Source: Candidatus Dojkabacteria bacterium
GTDB taxonomy: Bacteria > Patescibacteriota > Dojkabacteria > GCA-002793355
Direction: 5' to 3'
DNA length: 64,000 nt
NCBI GenBank assembly: GCA_030583685.1
Contig: CP129470.1
Span: 404,345 to 468,344 of the forward strand
Of the stretch, positions 48,990-58,367 are shown piece after piece (positions within the stretch are counted from its first letter, which is position 1; each line of letters starts with the position of its first letter). Both the position numbers and the translations under genes were made by a program. Below the pieces are notes generated by a model, which saw only the letters and a list, made by a program, of their open reading frames with translations, did not search any database and was not told where the DNA came from.

Positions 48990-50924
48990 TTATGTGTCAC
49001 TTTGTTTGGACTTAATCCACTCTGCAACACTCAGGAGCTTTTTCTTTTCTTTATTCGGTGGTGTTTCCTTCCCAAGTTCTTTGACTAACTCAAACAGCCT
49101 CTCCCCAGAGAGTGTTTCTTGCTTAAGCAATTCATCCGCAAGAGTATCTAGTAACTTCTTTTCACGCTTGAGGATTTTAGCGGCAACAGCGTATTGGGTA
49201 TTCATTAACAAGGAAACTTCTTTATCCATAATTTCTGCAGTCTTTTGGCTATACTTGATTTTGCTCGAAAGCAATTCAAAATCCTCGTCCTTATCGAACT
49301 GCACAAACCCGATATCATCACTCATACCGACTGTCTTTACCATCATTGCCGCAATTTTTGAGGCCCGCTCTACATCATTGGAGGCACCGGTCGTAATATA
49401 ATCCTTTCCAAAGACCAGTTCCTCAGCTGCACGTCCTGCTGCAAAAACAGCGAGTTGCTCGACCATTTGCTTTTTTGACATACTCACACGATCATTTTCG
49501 TCGTGAACCGTCATACCAAGTGATACTCCACGAGGAACAATAGTAATTGCCTTAACAGGGTCCACATCAGGGAGATATGTTGCAACAATTGCGTGTCCTG
49601 CCTCATGATATGCCGTAATACGCAGATCCTCCTCGGTCATCATTAAACTTCCTCTGCGTGGCCCCATTGAAACCTTTAAGGTCGCCTCTTGGATATCTTC
49701 TTGGTCAATTGATGGTTTTCCCCCTCGAACCGCAAGAATGGCCGCCTCGTTCAGAACATTTTCAAGATCTGCACCAGAAAAACCAACCGTAAACTGAGCA
49801 ATTTTGTACAAATCGACATTGTCGCTGAATTTCTTATTTTTTGCGTGAATGCCCAATATTTCTGATCTCTCTGTTACGTCTGGTAATCCAAGACGAACAT
49901 TTCTATCAAAACGTCCTGGTCGTAGAATTGCTGGGTCAAGAACATCTGGCCTATTGGTTGCCGCGATAACAATCACCGCATCTCGCTTTTCAAATCCATC
50001 CATTTCAACCAAGATCTGGTTCAATGTCTGCTCAGAGTGAGATGATTTATAGTCCATTCCTCGTCGTCGAGCAACTGCATCGATTTCGTCGATAAAGATG
50101 ATACTTGGAGAAAGATTCTTCGCACGCTTAAATAAATCACGAACACGAGCAGCTCCTGCACCAACAAGCATTTCTTCAAATTCAGGACCCGAGGTATGGA
50201 AAAAAGGAACCTTTGCTTCACCAGCGACTGCGCGAGCAAGAAGTGTCTTCCCGGTACCAGGGCTACCCACGAGTAATACACCGCGAGGAATTCGAGCACC
50301 CATTTCAAAGAATTTCTTCGGATTCTTTAAAAAATCAACAATTTCTTTTATTTCTTCCTTTGCTTCGCGGGAACCTGCGACATCTGCGAAGGTCACATCT
50401 GGGCGTTTCCCAATAATTACATTTGCCCCACTTTTACCAAATGCTGATAATCCACCACCAGACGCATTCTGTCGCTGAATTGCCCGGACAAACGTCCACA
50501 CACCATACGCAAGAACACCGGTAAGGAGAAGTCCTCCAAAGTTCAACAACGTACTGGACATATTGACATCGTCGACGGTGTAGGTAGCGTTTAATTCTGA
50601 AATTTTGATATCTTCATTTTGTAATAAATCGGAAAAACCCTTAAAACTTTCGATTTTTGTATAAACCCTTGTGTCATCTTCCCGTTTTAATTGCACCAAA
50701 CCCGATTTCACCGTTATCTCGGAAATTTTTCCTTCTTTAATCTCTTGAACTGCCTGTTGCAGGGGGACTTCCTGACCCATTTGCCAGGTTGAATACATTT
50801 GAAACCCAATAAATAACAGAATTATTCCCGTGATGACCATAAAGGCCTTTCTCACTCCCTCTGGAGTAATCTCACCCTCGACAATTACTGCTCTTTCTTG
50901 TACATCTTTATTCTTCTTTGTCAT
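48990..50924 (-). CDS. ftsH: ATP-dependent zinc metalloprotease FtsH
   Basis: N-terminal TMs. AAA Walker A GSPGTGKT, Walker [10 protein letters not shown], second region of homology, and the zinc-binding HEAGHAIV motif. Confidence 0.9.
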   Translation of the reverse strand: MTKKNKDVQERAVIVEGEITPEGVRKAFMVITGIILLFIGFQMYSTWQMGQEVPLQQAVQEIKEGKISEITVKSGLVQLKREDDTRVYTKIESFKGFSDLLQNEDIKISELNATYTVDDVNMSSTLLNFGGLLLTGVLAYGVWTFVRAIQRQNASGGGLSAFGKSGANVIIGKRPDVTFADVAGSREAKEEIKEIVDFLKNPKKFFEMGARIPRGVLLVGSPGTGKTLLARAVAGEAKVPFFHTSGPEFEEMLVGAGAARVRDLFKRAKNLSPSIIFIDEIDAVARRRGMDYKSSHSEQTLNQILVEMDGFEKRDAVIVIAATNRPDVLDPAILRPGRFDRNVRLGLPDVTERSEILGIHAKNKKFSDNVDLYKIAQFTVGFSGADLENVLNEAAILAVRGGKPSIDQEDIQEATLKVSMGPRRGSLMMTEEDLRITAYHEAGHAIVATYLPDVDPVKAITIVPRGVSLGMTVHDENDRVSMSKKQMVEQLAVFAAGRAAEELVFGKDYITTGASNDVERASKIAAMMVKTVGMSDDIGFVQFDKDEDFELLSSKIKYSQKTAEIMDKEVSLLMNTQYAVAAKILKREKKLLDTLADELLKQETLSGERLFELVKELGKETPPNKEKKKLLSVAEWIKSKQSDT

Positions 50925-50994
50925 TATCTTTCTAATTAATTGAAAATGTGCCGCATCATAATTGTAGCAGACGCGATAAGAGATTGCTAAAAAA

Positions 50995-51068
50995 TAGTGG
51001 CGAGCAGGATCGAACTGCTGACCTCGGGGTTATGAATCCCGTGCTCTAACCAACTGAGCTACGCCACC
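50995..51068 (-). tRNA. tRNA-Met (anticodon CAT), elongator type
   Basis: The D-arm TAGCTCAGTTGGTTAGAGCAC is identical to that of E. coli elongator tRNA-Met. Anticodon loop TTCATAA, normal Y11:R24, A73. One A:C mismatch at the 31:39 stem closure. Confidence 0.75.
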
Positions 51069-51373
51069 GTTGCTGAATTATAGCGTATTTTAGGGAAATT
51101 GAGAACGGAGACGCAAGATATCTATGAGTAAATAATCAATTCGTCAAACCCCTCTGCGCATATCGCACTTTGTGGATGAGAAGTCATGGGGATGAAAAAC
51201 ACAACCCCTCGCTCTTGCAACTCTACTCCATGTACCTGGTTCCCACTGGCATCATACCATCGAGGATTGAATTCACTCATCTCTCCTCTACGGAGTAACC
51301 TCCCCAAATCATAGATGCTCTGAGAAGCTTTTTCATTTTTTTGGAGCGTACCTTGGTATCTTCCAAACCATAC

Positions 51374-52258
51374 TTATAATTCTTTCAAACTATCTTTGTC
51401 GCCCTCTGTTGCTTTGACAACGTCAAGATATTTTTCAGTCGTCGAAATTCTTTTATGTCCAACAATTTTTGCAACCGTCAAAACATTAACACCATTTGCA
51501 AGGTGATGCGCAATAAAAGTGTTTCGAATATCATTTACTGTTGCATTCTTAATTCCTGCTCGCAGAAATGCCCGTTTAATGGCGGAACGCATATTTCGAA
51601 TAGGAATCGGATTACCACTTTTCGTAATAAAGATACTTCGAATTCCTGCCGCAGTTGTCGGCCTCACTCGCAAATAATCTTGAATCGATTGATATGCAGT
51701 TTCGTTCAAGGGAACATTCCTCATCGCATGAGAACCAAACGTCTGAATATGTAGATATCGATGACCTAACGGGGTGATTCTGATATCTTCTGTACTGAGA
51801 CGCTGTAATTCGCCAATACGAAGTCCCGTTTGTAACAGAAGCTCCACCATTGTATACAGCCTCACATCGACGCGACTTGCATCTCGCAATGCACGATATT
51901 CAATTTTATTGAGAATGCGTGGAAGTTTTGCTTCTATCTTTGGATGCGAAAGACGCAAAGAGGGATCTTTATCACCTGAAACAATTCCTTCTTCTCGAAG
52001 ATACTTGAAAAATGTTCTAATACTATTGATCTTTCTGGATACAGTTTTCAAGTTAAACCCTTTTTCTACCTGCACATAACTAAGAAAGCCCTTTAAGTCA
52101 TCTGTCGTGATAGCTTCTAACGTTGTTATGGATCGCGCTGCAAGATATTCCTGAACTTGCTCTATGTCCTTTTTGTAAGCAATAAGTGTCGAATTCGATT
52201 TCCCTTTTTCTTTGAGATATTCTATAAATCTTTGAATCAATTCCCCCACAAGAGCCAT
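51374..52258 (-). CDS. Tyrosine site-specific recombinase (XerC/XerD-like)
   Basis: 294 aa. Catalytic R (GLRIGEL), H-x-x-R (IRNTFIAHHL) and the Tyr region (GHKRISTTEKY). Confidence 0.8.
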   Translation of the reverse strand: MALVGELIQRFIEYLKEKGKSNSTLIAYKKDIEQVQEYLAARSITTLEAITTDDLKGFLSYVQVEKGFNLKTVSRKINSIRTFFKYLREEGIVSGDKDPSLRLSHPKIEAKLPRILNKIEYRALRDASRVDVRLYTMVELLLQTGLRIGELQRLSTEDIRITPLGHRYLHIQTFGSHAMRNVPLNETAYQSIQDYLRVRPTTAAGIRSIFITKSGNPIPIRNMRSAIKRAFLRAGIKNATVNDIRNTFIAHHLANGVNVLTVAKIVGHKRISTTEKYLDVVKATEGDKDSLKEL

Positions 52259-52399
52259 AACATTCCACCTTTTAATCTAAGCTACTTCGCTGAAATCAAA
52301 ACCGTTCATAGATGAGGTTACTCAACTATGAAGCACACTACATCAGTCTTATAATAATTATATCAAGGTCTTAAGTACTTTTCAATGGCAGCATAAGAT

Positions 52400-52774
52400 T
52401 TGCTATACTCTTCTATGAGCAAAACTCTTCTGTCCCTTTTTATCCTCCTTGCCTGCGTCATTCTGATAACAAACGCAAGTCGCTCAATTATCGATACATA
52501 TCAAGTAGGTTCCACGTATCAAGAAAGAAAAAGACAAACAGAACGACAATACCTAGAGGTAATAAAAAAGAAAAATGAACTCGATTACATTAACAGTCCC
52601 TTCTTTGTAGAAAAGCAGCTACGAGAAAGTCTCAACTTCTATAGAAAAGGAGAAAAATTGTTAGTTTTCACAGAACAGCCTGCCACTACCTTCCAAAACG
52701 ACACCGACAAGGCAACTGACCCTTACACCGAGTGGAAAAATCTCTTCCTCTACGGGATTGCCGATCCTCTTTAG
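52400..52774 (+). CDS. FtsB/DivIC-family septum formation initiator
   Basis: N-terminal TM followed by a coiled-coil. ELDYINSPFFVEKQLRESLNFYRKGEKLLVF matches the FtsB C-terminal consensus. Confidence 0.55.
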   Translation: MLYSSMSKTLLSLFILLACVILITNASRSIIDTYQVGSTYQERKRQTERQYLEVIKKKNELDYINSPFFVEKQLRESLNFYRKGEKLLVFTEQPATTFQNDTDKATDPYTEWKNLFLYGIADPL

Positions 52775-52777
52775 TGC

Positions 52778-53497
52778 TTAATTTTCACTTTCTGCTTTCA
52801 ATTGAGCAATTTCACCCAGTGTTAACTCTCGGTAAGAACCTTCTGGTAAGTTCCCTATTCGCAATGTCCCCAGCCCTACACGTTGCAGTTGCGTTACTGA
52901 CACGCCAAAAACAGCTAATGCTTCTCTAATCTCACGCTTCTTGCCTTCAGTCAGAATACATTCGTACTGCTCACGAGAGAGTCGTTTTATTGAGTAAAAT
53001 CGATACCACTCACCTGACTGTCCCAAAACACCACCTTGCAACAGCCTCATCTCTTCTTCTGTTAATGCTCGAGATGTCGTAACTTGGTAGATTTTGCGAA
53101 TCTCAAACTTCGGATGTGTGAGAGCAAAGCCCAAACCTCCATCTGTCGTTAACAAAACCAACCCTTGTGACTCCTTGTCCAACCTTCCAACAATTTGCCA
53201 TGGTATAGAACGCAATGATGAAGGCAATAATTCTAGCAAAGACTGTTCATTTCTAAAATGAGTTGCCGTTGTTGAGGTAAACCCTCGAGGTTTGTTAAGC
53301 ATAAGATACCGATATTGCGTTTTTTGTTCTGTAGTGATAACTACTCGACCGTCAACCTGAATCTGCTCGTTTCCGACAACCTGTTGCCCAATAATCGCAG
53401 GCTTTCCATCAACAAGTACCCGTCCCTCTCGAATCATTTCTTCTCCTTTTCGCCTTGATGCTATCCCTAAATTTCGCAAATAGACATGTACTTTCAT
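52778..53497 (-). CDS. Pseudouridine synthase, RsuA/RluB family, with an N-terminal S4 domain
   Basis: S4: VHVYLRNLGIASRRKGEEMIREGRVLVDG. Catalytic GRLDKESQGLVLLTTDG. Confidence 0.8.
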   Translation of the reverse strand: MKVHVYLRNLGIASRRKGEEMIREGRVLVDGKPAIIGQQVVGNEQIQVDGRVVITTEQKTQYRYLMLNKPRGFTSTTATHFRNEQSLLELLPSSLRSIPWQIVGRLDKESQGLVLLTTDGGLGFALTHPKFEIRKIYQVTTSRALTEEEMRLLQGGVLGQSGEWYRFYSIKRLSREQYECILTEGKKREIREALAVFGVSVTQLQRVGLGTLRIGNLPEGSYRELTLGEIAQLKAESEN

Positions 53498-53562
53498 GCC
53501 AAATTATCTCACTTTTTACTTGAAACACAAATAGTATTCTGGTATACTTCCAGTATCTCTGT

Positions 53563-53637
53563 CGCGGGATGGAGCAAAGGCAGCTCGTCAGGCCCATAAC
53601 CTGAAGGTTCCTGGTTCGAGTCCAGGTCCCGCAACCA
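53563..53637 (+). tRNA. Initiator tRNA-fMet (anticodon CAT), CCA encoded
   Basis: Sequence is nearly co-linear with E. coli tRNA-fMet (CGCGGG.TGGAGCA...GCTCGTC.GG.C.CATAACC.GAAGGT...CCCGCAACCA). C1xA72 mismatch and A11:U24. The anticodon loop reads CCCATAA. Confidence 0.85.
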
Positions 53638-53695
53638 AGTTTTACCGAAGCGTATTTCACTAGAATATTCGGAAAACTCTCGTATCATTAACTCT

Positions 53696-54184
53696 ATGAA
53701 GAAAAAATCTCTCCCTCTTGAGCCGTTGTATCTCACTGAGGAAAAAATCGCAGAAATTTCTCAGGAACTTGCAGAACTCGAAAATATTGCACTTCCTGAA
53801 ATTCGAAAAAGACTTGCTGTTGCCTACGAAGACGGTGATATTCCAGAAAACAACCCGTGGTTAACAGCAAACGACGACCTCCAACTTGCGTTCAAAAAAA
53901 GAAATACTCTTCGTAAACTCCTCCAAAGAGCAAAACTGTACCGAGCGAAGAAAACACAAACAGATTCCTCACTCGGTAAGAGTTTTCGAATAGTATTCGG
54001 GAATGGTAATTTCAGCACAGTCACCCTTGTCTCTTCAGAAGAAGCAGCTCCACAAGAGGGGAAAATCTCCGAAGCATCTCCCCTTGGAAAATGTCTAAAA
54101 AAAGTGAAAAAGACAGGAGATTTCTCCTTTGAAACACCCGCAGGAATTCAGCAGATAACTGTTTTACAGATATTCAAAGAATAG
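53696..54184 (+). CDS. greA: Transcription elongation factor GreA
   Basis: N-terminal coiled-coil. C-terminal ISEASPLGKCLKKVKKTGDFSFETPAG matches GreA/GreB. Confidence 0.75.
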   Translation: MKKKSLPLEPLYLTEEKIAEISQELAELENIALPEIRKRLAVAYEDGDIPENNPWLTANDDLQLAFKKRNTLRKLLQRAKLYRAKKTQTDSSLGKSFRIVFGNGNFSTVTLVSSEEAAPQEGKISEASPLGKCLKKVKKTGDFSFETPAGIQQITVLQIFKE

Positions 54185-54303
54185 GTATTATTTTGGCATG
54201 TCACTCACAACACGACTTCTTCTTATTGGATCCCTCACCTCCTTTGCGTTCATACTCTTTGCCGTTGGAGTACAGATAAGTCAGTATCTGAAAGAGAAAG
54301 AGG

Positions 54304-54672
54304 CTAAATTGTAGCTTCTTCTGCAGTTAATGATGTGTCTCGTGAATTTCCCGTGTTGACAGTCCCTTTTGGTTCAATCAGGAGAATGTGAACCTCTTCG
54401 ATCGCTTCAGGTTTGTGTTCAATGCCATGAGGTATTATCAGCATTTCTCCTTTTTTAAGAGTTTCCGTTTTATCTCGAAAGTGGATGAGTAATTCACCTT
54501 CAAGCACCAAAAACAACTCATCTTCAATATCATGCGAATGCCAGGTAAACTCTCCTTTTAACTTGACCACTTGAACTTTGTCATCATTCAACTCTCCGAT
54601 AATCTTTGGGCTCCAGTGTTCGTTAAAAAGCGCCAATTTTTCTGCAATAGTAACAACGGAAGGTCGATCCAT
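54304..54672 (-). CDS. Cupin-domain protein
   Basis: GEFTWHSHDIEDELFLVLEGELLIHF...GEMLIIPHGIEHKP, the two conserved cupin motifs. Confidence 0.7.
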   Translation of the reverse strand: MDRPSVVTIAEKLALFNEHWSPKIIGELNDDKVQVVKLKGEFTWHSHDIEDELFLVLEGELLIHFRDKTETLKKGEMLIIPHGIEHKPEAIEEVHILLIEPKGTVNTGNSRDTSLTAEEATI

Positions 54673-54673
54673 A

Positions 54674-55369
54674 TTAGAGTTGTTGATCTGTCCCTTTGTT
54701 TTGGAGTCTCTTTAATTCTTCAAGAATAGACTCAACTTCATTTGAGTCTTGCGTTGGTGAGGGAACTTGTCCATTTGGAGTTGGCAAGTTGGCAACTGCT
54801 TCCATTTGGGCAGCTTCTGTAACAGCCTCAGGTGCTGAAGAAGGTGCAGGCGAAACAAAGGAGGGGAGTGAAGCTGCAGGTGCAGTTGGTGGCTGTGCGT
54901 CTACTCCGCCTGGTGTTGAGGGAACAGGTGTTTGTACCGATTGCTGTTCTTGCTGCCTCATCTCGTTGAATAATGTCTTAAGTTCATCAACCGCCTCTTT
55001 TGCTTTCTGTAACGATTCAGGATCGGTATCAGCGGGTACGGCAGCTTCGGAAACAGGAGCAGCTCCACCGGCAGGCATCGTTTCAGGGGAAACATCACCT
55101 GTCGTATCTTCAAAAGCGTCAACTTCTTCAGCCATTTGTGGAGTATCTACTTCAGTAGTGGCATCTGCAGAAGACAGTCCATAGAGTGCGTCAAATTTTT
55201 GTAAGGCAAGCGCCATCGCTTCACGAGCTTCTTTATATTGCTCAGTCTTCTCTGCCTCAATATCTTTGGCATACACGTCCATATACTTTGTCATGTTGGT
55301 TAACATGACATATACAAGTTCTAAAACAGGTGACAATTCTGCAAATTTGTCTGAATTTCTTTGATCCAT
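54674..55369 (-). CDS. Acidic Pro/Ala-rich low-complexity protein, hypothetical
   Basis: 231-aa ORF. Structured N-terminal about 70 aa, then a disordered PTAPAASLPSFVSPAPSSAPE-type region. Locally GC-rich. Confidence 0.4.
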   Translation of the reverse strand: MDQRNSDKFAELSPVLELVYVMLTNMTKYMDVYAKDIEAEKTEQYKEAREAMALALQKFDALYGLSSADATTEVDTPQMAEEVDAFEDTTGDVSPETMPAGGAAPVSEAAVPADTDPESLQKAKEAVDELKTLFNEMRQQEQQSVQTPVPSTPGGVDAQPPTAPAASLPSFVSPAPSSAPEAVTEAAQMEAVANLPTPNGQVPSPTQDSNEVESILEELKRLQNKGTDQQL

Positions 55370-55424
55370 GAATCACGGGCAGTTATCTTATACCGTTCAT
55401 AGTACCTTGTTTTCTGTCCTCCTG

Positions 55425-56570
55425 TCAATGAAGCGGAGGACCCTCCTTTGAAAATCTGTCCACTCTTTCATCCACTGTTCGAGTATATTCTTCAATAAAT
55501 CGTTCCTTTGAAAATTTGCTCGCTTGCTTAAGCAGTATATTTTGATTTACTTGTGCTGCAAACTCTTCAAAATGACCAAGTTGCCCTCTAACAGATTCGC
55601 TGGTCTGCTCCTTAAAAAACATGCCTGTATCAGGCGTTAGCGTTTCGACCGCGCCGCCCTTGCCAAAAGCCAAAACAGGAGTTCCAGATGCGAGTGCTTC
55701 AACAGGTGCAATACCAAAATCCTCATATGCAGCAAAAAGATACCCTTTTGCTTGTTGCAATAAAGCCCTTTTTTCTTCGTGTGTTGCTTGGCCAATAAAT
55801 TCTATATCGGAACTCCCTTTTGCAACTTTCTTTAACGAGTTATATTCAGGACCTGAACCGATAATTTTCAACCGTTGTTTAGCTTGCAAACATGCCTGAA
55901 TCAGTATATCAACCCGTTTATAACGAACCAGTCTTCCATGTGTGACAAAATAGTCGTCTTTTTTTTGAGGACCTCGAGGTGTGTAAAAACTTGTGTCAAC
56001 TGGTGGATGTAATACAGCGCTCGGCCTTCTCCAAAAGACCTCAATCCGCTTTTGCACTTCCAGGGAATTTGCCAACAAATAGTCAGGACGCATTGCTGCC
56101 TGTTGATCCCAAATTCGTTGCCAGGTTAAAATCGTTTGATACACTTGTTTCACTAAGGGAATTTTATTGTATATGTAATAATCACTTTCTTGGAGCCAAA
56201 GAAGTCGCATTGGTGTTTGAATATAAGAGATATGAGGAACCGTATGTGGCGTCACCAACCCATGCATATAGGCATAGGAGAAAGATAAAATTAAGTCGTA
56301 CTTTTCAAAGGAAAGTGTGTCAACAAGTGATGGATATAACGGGGTCATTTGCCTATATAGGTGCGAGAGCAGTCCCTTTCCAAAAGGAGAAATAATTCTT
56401 TTCTCTTCGATTCCCATAAATTCGAGAATTTTAGGATTGTAGGAAAAGGTAAAGAGATCAGCTTGTGGGTACAGATGATTTGCTACCAACTGCAACTGGG
56501 ATTCTGCTCCACCATAGTAATTCAAAAAGGGATGAAGAATTAAAACTCGTTTTTCTGCACTCGAAGACAT
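55425..56570 (-). CDS. Glycosyltransferase family 4 (GT-B, group 1)
   Basis: C-terminal EDFGIAPVEALASGTPVLAFGKGGAVETL is the GT4 nucleotide-sugar binding motif. Start set at the internal ATG (MSSSAEKRVLIL) to avoid a 27-nt divergent overlap. Confidence 0.7.
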   Translation of the reverse strand: MSSSAEKRVLILHPFLNYYGGAESQLQLVANHLYPQADLFTFSYNPKILEFMGIEEKRIISPFGKGLLSHLYRQMTPLYPSLVDTLSFEKYDLILSFSYAYMHGLVTPHTVPHISYIQTPMRLLWLQESDYYIYNKIPLVKQVYQTILTWQRIWDQQAAMRPDYLLANSLEVQKRIEVFWRRPSAVLHPPVDTSFYTPRGPQKKDDYFVTHGRLVRYKRVDILIQACLQAKQRLKIIGSGPEYNSLKKVAKGSSDIEFIGQATHEEKRALLQQAKGYLFAAYEDFGIAPVEALASGTPVLAFGKGGAVETLTPDTGMFFKEQTSESVRGQLGHFEEFAAQVNQNILLKQASKFSKERFIEEYTRTVDERVDRFSKEGPPLH

Positions 56571-56591
56571 ACGGTATAGTACAATAGCGTA

Positions 56592-57638
56592 ATGAATAAT
56601 GCCACAAAGCTCGCACAAGATTTTGAGAAACTCCTCTCACAAAGCACTACCGTTCTCCTGACGTGTCATACGGGTGCAGATATTGATGCGCTCAGTTCGG
56701 TAATTGCGACAAAAAAATTACTCGAGCAGAACTACCCAAACCTCGATATTACTGCTGTTTCGGAACGGATACCTGCTAGTCTTTCGTTTATACCTTCATA
56801 TAAAGAAGTCAAAAACGGTTCGATATTGCAAACACTTGAAAAGCAGCAATTTGACCTTGTTATCGTTCTTGATTTTAGTCAGTGGCACCTGGCAAGTAAA
56901 ACAGACGCTACTGCCATTCAAGAACTTGTTACCAAAGCAGGTATCCCTTTTGTCGTTATTGACCATCATCCAGAGGAGTATAAAAATCTTGAGTCGGATA
57001 TTTATATCAATCTTGATTCAACCTCTACCTGTACCAGCTTGTTCATTCTTTTTTCACAACTATTGCAAAAACCAATTCTTCCAGAAGTTGCTCAGGTGCT
57101 CCTCTACGGAATCGTCGCTGATACGAACCGATTTAAATATAAATACAACGCTGCGTCTCAGGCGACCATATTCAGAATAGTTGCCGATCTTTTGGAAAAA
57201 TCGCCCGAAAGTATTGAAGATATCGCTCGACAAATGGACCGCTTTGACAGTGAAGTGCTAAAAATCGTCAGCCTCTTTATCAACAATATAACACTCTTTA
57301 ACAAAACATTTGCCTATACAACGATTACAGAACAGGAACTTCTTGAGGCCGGCGTTAACACAAAAAAACTGGGCGATGCGGCACTTTTTCTTGCAAACGA
57401 AGTTATCGCGACTGTCGATACCGCATCGCACGGTGTCGTTGTCTACCCACATCTCCAAGAGAAAAACACCTATACGGCAAGATTCCGCTCTACGTCTCCA
57501 GATTTTCCTGTACAACACATTGCCGCAAAACTCGGCGGCGGCGGACACCCTCAATCTGCTGCCGCACGGCTGAACGTTCCTACGGTTGAAGACGCGGTGA
57601 AAAAAATTCTTGCGTTAGTAGAAAACAAGAAGTCATAA
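56592..57638 (+). CDS. DHH/DHHA1 phosphoesterase (NrnA-like oligoribonuclease/pAp phosphatase)
   Basis: LLTCHTGADIDALSS, VVIDHH (DHH motif), and the C-terminal GGGGHPQSAAAR (DHHA1 GGGH). Confidence 0.75.
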   Translation: MNNATKLAQDFEKLLSQSTTVLLTCHTGADIDALSSVIATKKLLEQNYPNLDITAVSERIPASLSFIPSYKEVKNGSILQTLEKQQFDLVIVLDFSQWHLASKTDATAIQELVTKAGIPFVVIDHHPEEYKNLESDIYINLDSTSTCTSLFILFSQLLQKPILPEVAQVLLYGIVADTNRFKYKYNAASQATIFRIVADLLEKSPESIEDIARQMDRFDSEVLKIVSLFINNITLFNKTFAYTTITEQELLEAGVNTKKLGDAALFLANEVIATVDTASHGVVVYPHLQEKNTYTARFRSTSPDFPVQHIAAKLGGGGHPQSAAARLNVPTVEDAVKKILALVENKKS

Positions 57639-57742
57639 CGGAATAGTCAAAAACAAGAAGCGAGGTTAACATTGTATCGTTACGACTGCGTTCTTCTTTA
57701 CCTTGAAGCGGTAAGTGCTTGATGTGCTTTAAAATTCAAAAC

Positions 57743-57814
57743 TGGGCGTACTGGGGATCGAACCCAGGACCACTGCTTTATAAGAACAGCGCTCTACCAC
57801 TGAGCTATACGCCC
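57743..57814 (-). tRNA. tRNA-Ile (anticodon TAT, decoding AUA)
   Basis: Reverse complement GGGCGTATAGCTCAGTGGTAGAGCG-CTGTT-CTTATAA-AGCAG-TGGTC-CTGGGTTCGATCCCCAG-TACGCCC-A. The 7-nt loop gives anticodon UAU, with A37 and A73. Confidence 0.7.
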
Positions 57815-57857
57815 GAATGGTGAATTATAGCGCAAATGGGGAAATTTGGTAATTGGT

Positions 57858-58292
57858 TTAACCTCTAAACCTATTACTCTCAATCTCATTTCCATCAGTT
57901 ATTTTAACTTCAAAATCTCTAAGACTCGCCTTAAGGGTTGCCTCCAATACATCTGGTGCAACCGATCCTTTTACAATATACATATCGGTTTCTTGTTCAA
58001 CTTCCCTTCTGACATCACTTGAATCTTGCGCACTAATACAAATAACAAAACGCCTCCCCTTCTTCTCTTGAAGAACTTCATTTACTAAACGAGGACCACT
58101 TTTGGATTCTCCTACATTATAGTCTGTAATAACAAAAAACGGCTCTTCATGCTCAATTCTTTTCGCCATACTCTTTAGAGATTTTAAATCAAAACACGGA
58201 AGAACTGATTCTAAATCAACCCCAATCTGACGTAATAGCGACAGGTATAAGCCTACTTGAATTCTTTCATCATCGAACACTAGAATTTTCAT
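57858..58292 (-). CDS. Standalone response-regulator receiver domain (CheY-like)
   Basis: 144 aa. ILVFDDE acidic pocket, phospho-acceptor-position Asp in VITDYN, and a conserved Lys region. Confidence 0.65.
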   Translation of the reverse strand: MKILVFDDERIQVGLYLSLLRQIGVDLESVLPCFDLKSLKSMAKRIEHEEPFFVITDYNVGESKSGPRLVNEVLQEKKGRRFVICISAQDSSDVRREVEQETDMYIVKGSVAPDVLEATLKASLRDFEVKITDGNEIESNRFRG

Positions 58293-58367
58293 ACATCAAA
58301 TTTACAAATTTAATTACTGCGATTATAATTTGCTTAAACATTCCTTTCTTGACAAAACCTTGACATC

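Noticed and set aside
50098-50478. 126-aa and 67-aa plus-strand ORFs inside ftsH
   Set aside because: They are antisense to a gene with unambiguous AAA and HEXXH motifs, so they are shadow ORFs.
51122-51307. 61-aa ORF between tRNA-Met and the recombinase gene
   Set aside because: It has no motif or RBS evidence. It is kept out of the feature list and mentioned only as context for the recombinase/tRNA finding.
53409-53736. ORFs 53409..53660(-) and 53509..53736(-)
   Set aside because: They overlap a near-canonical initiator tRNA-fMet gene and the pseudouridine synthase start. There is no coding evidence.
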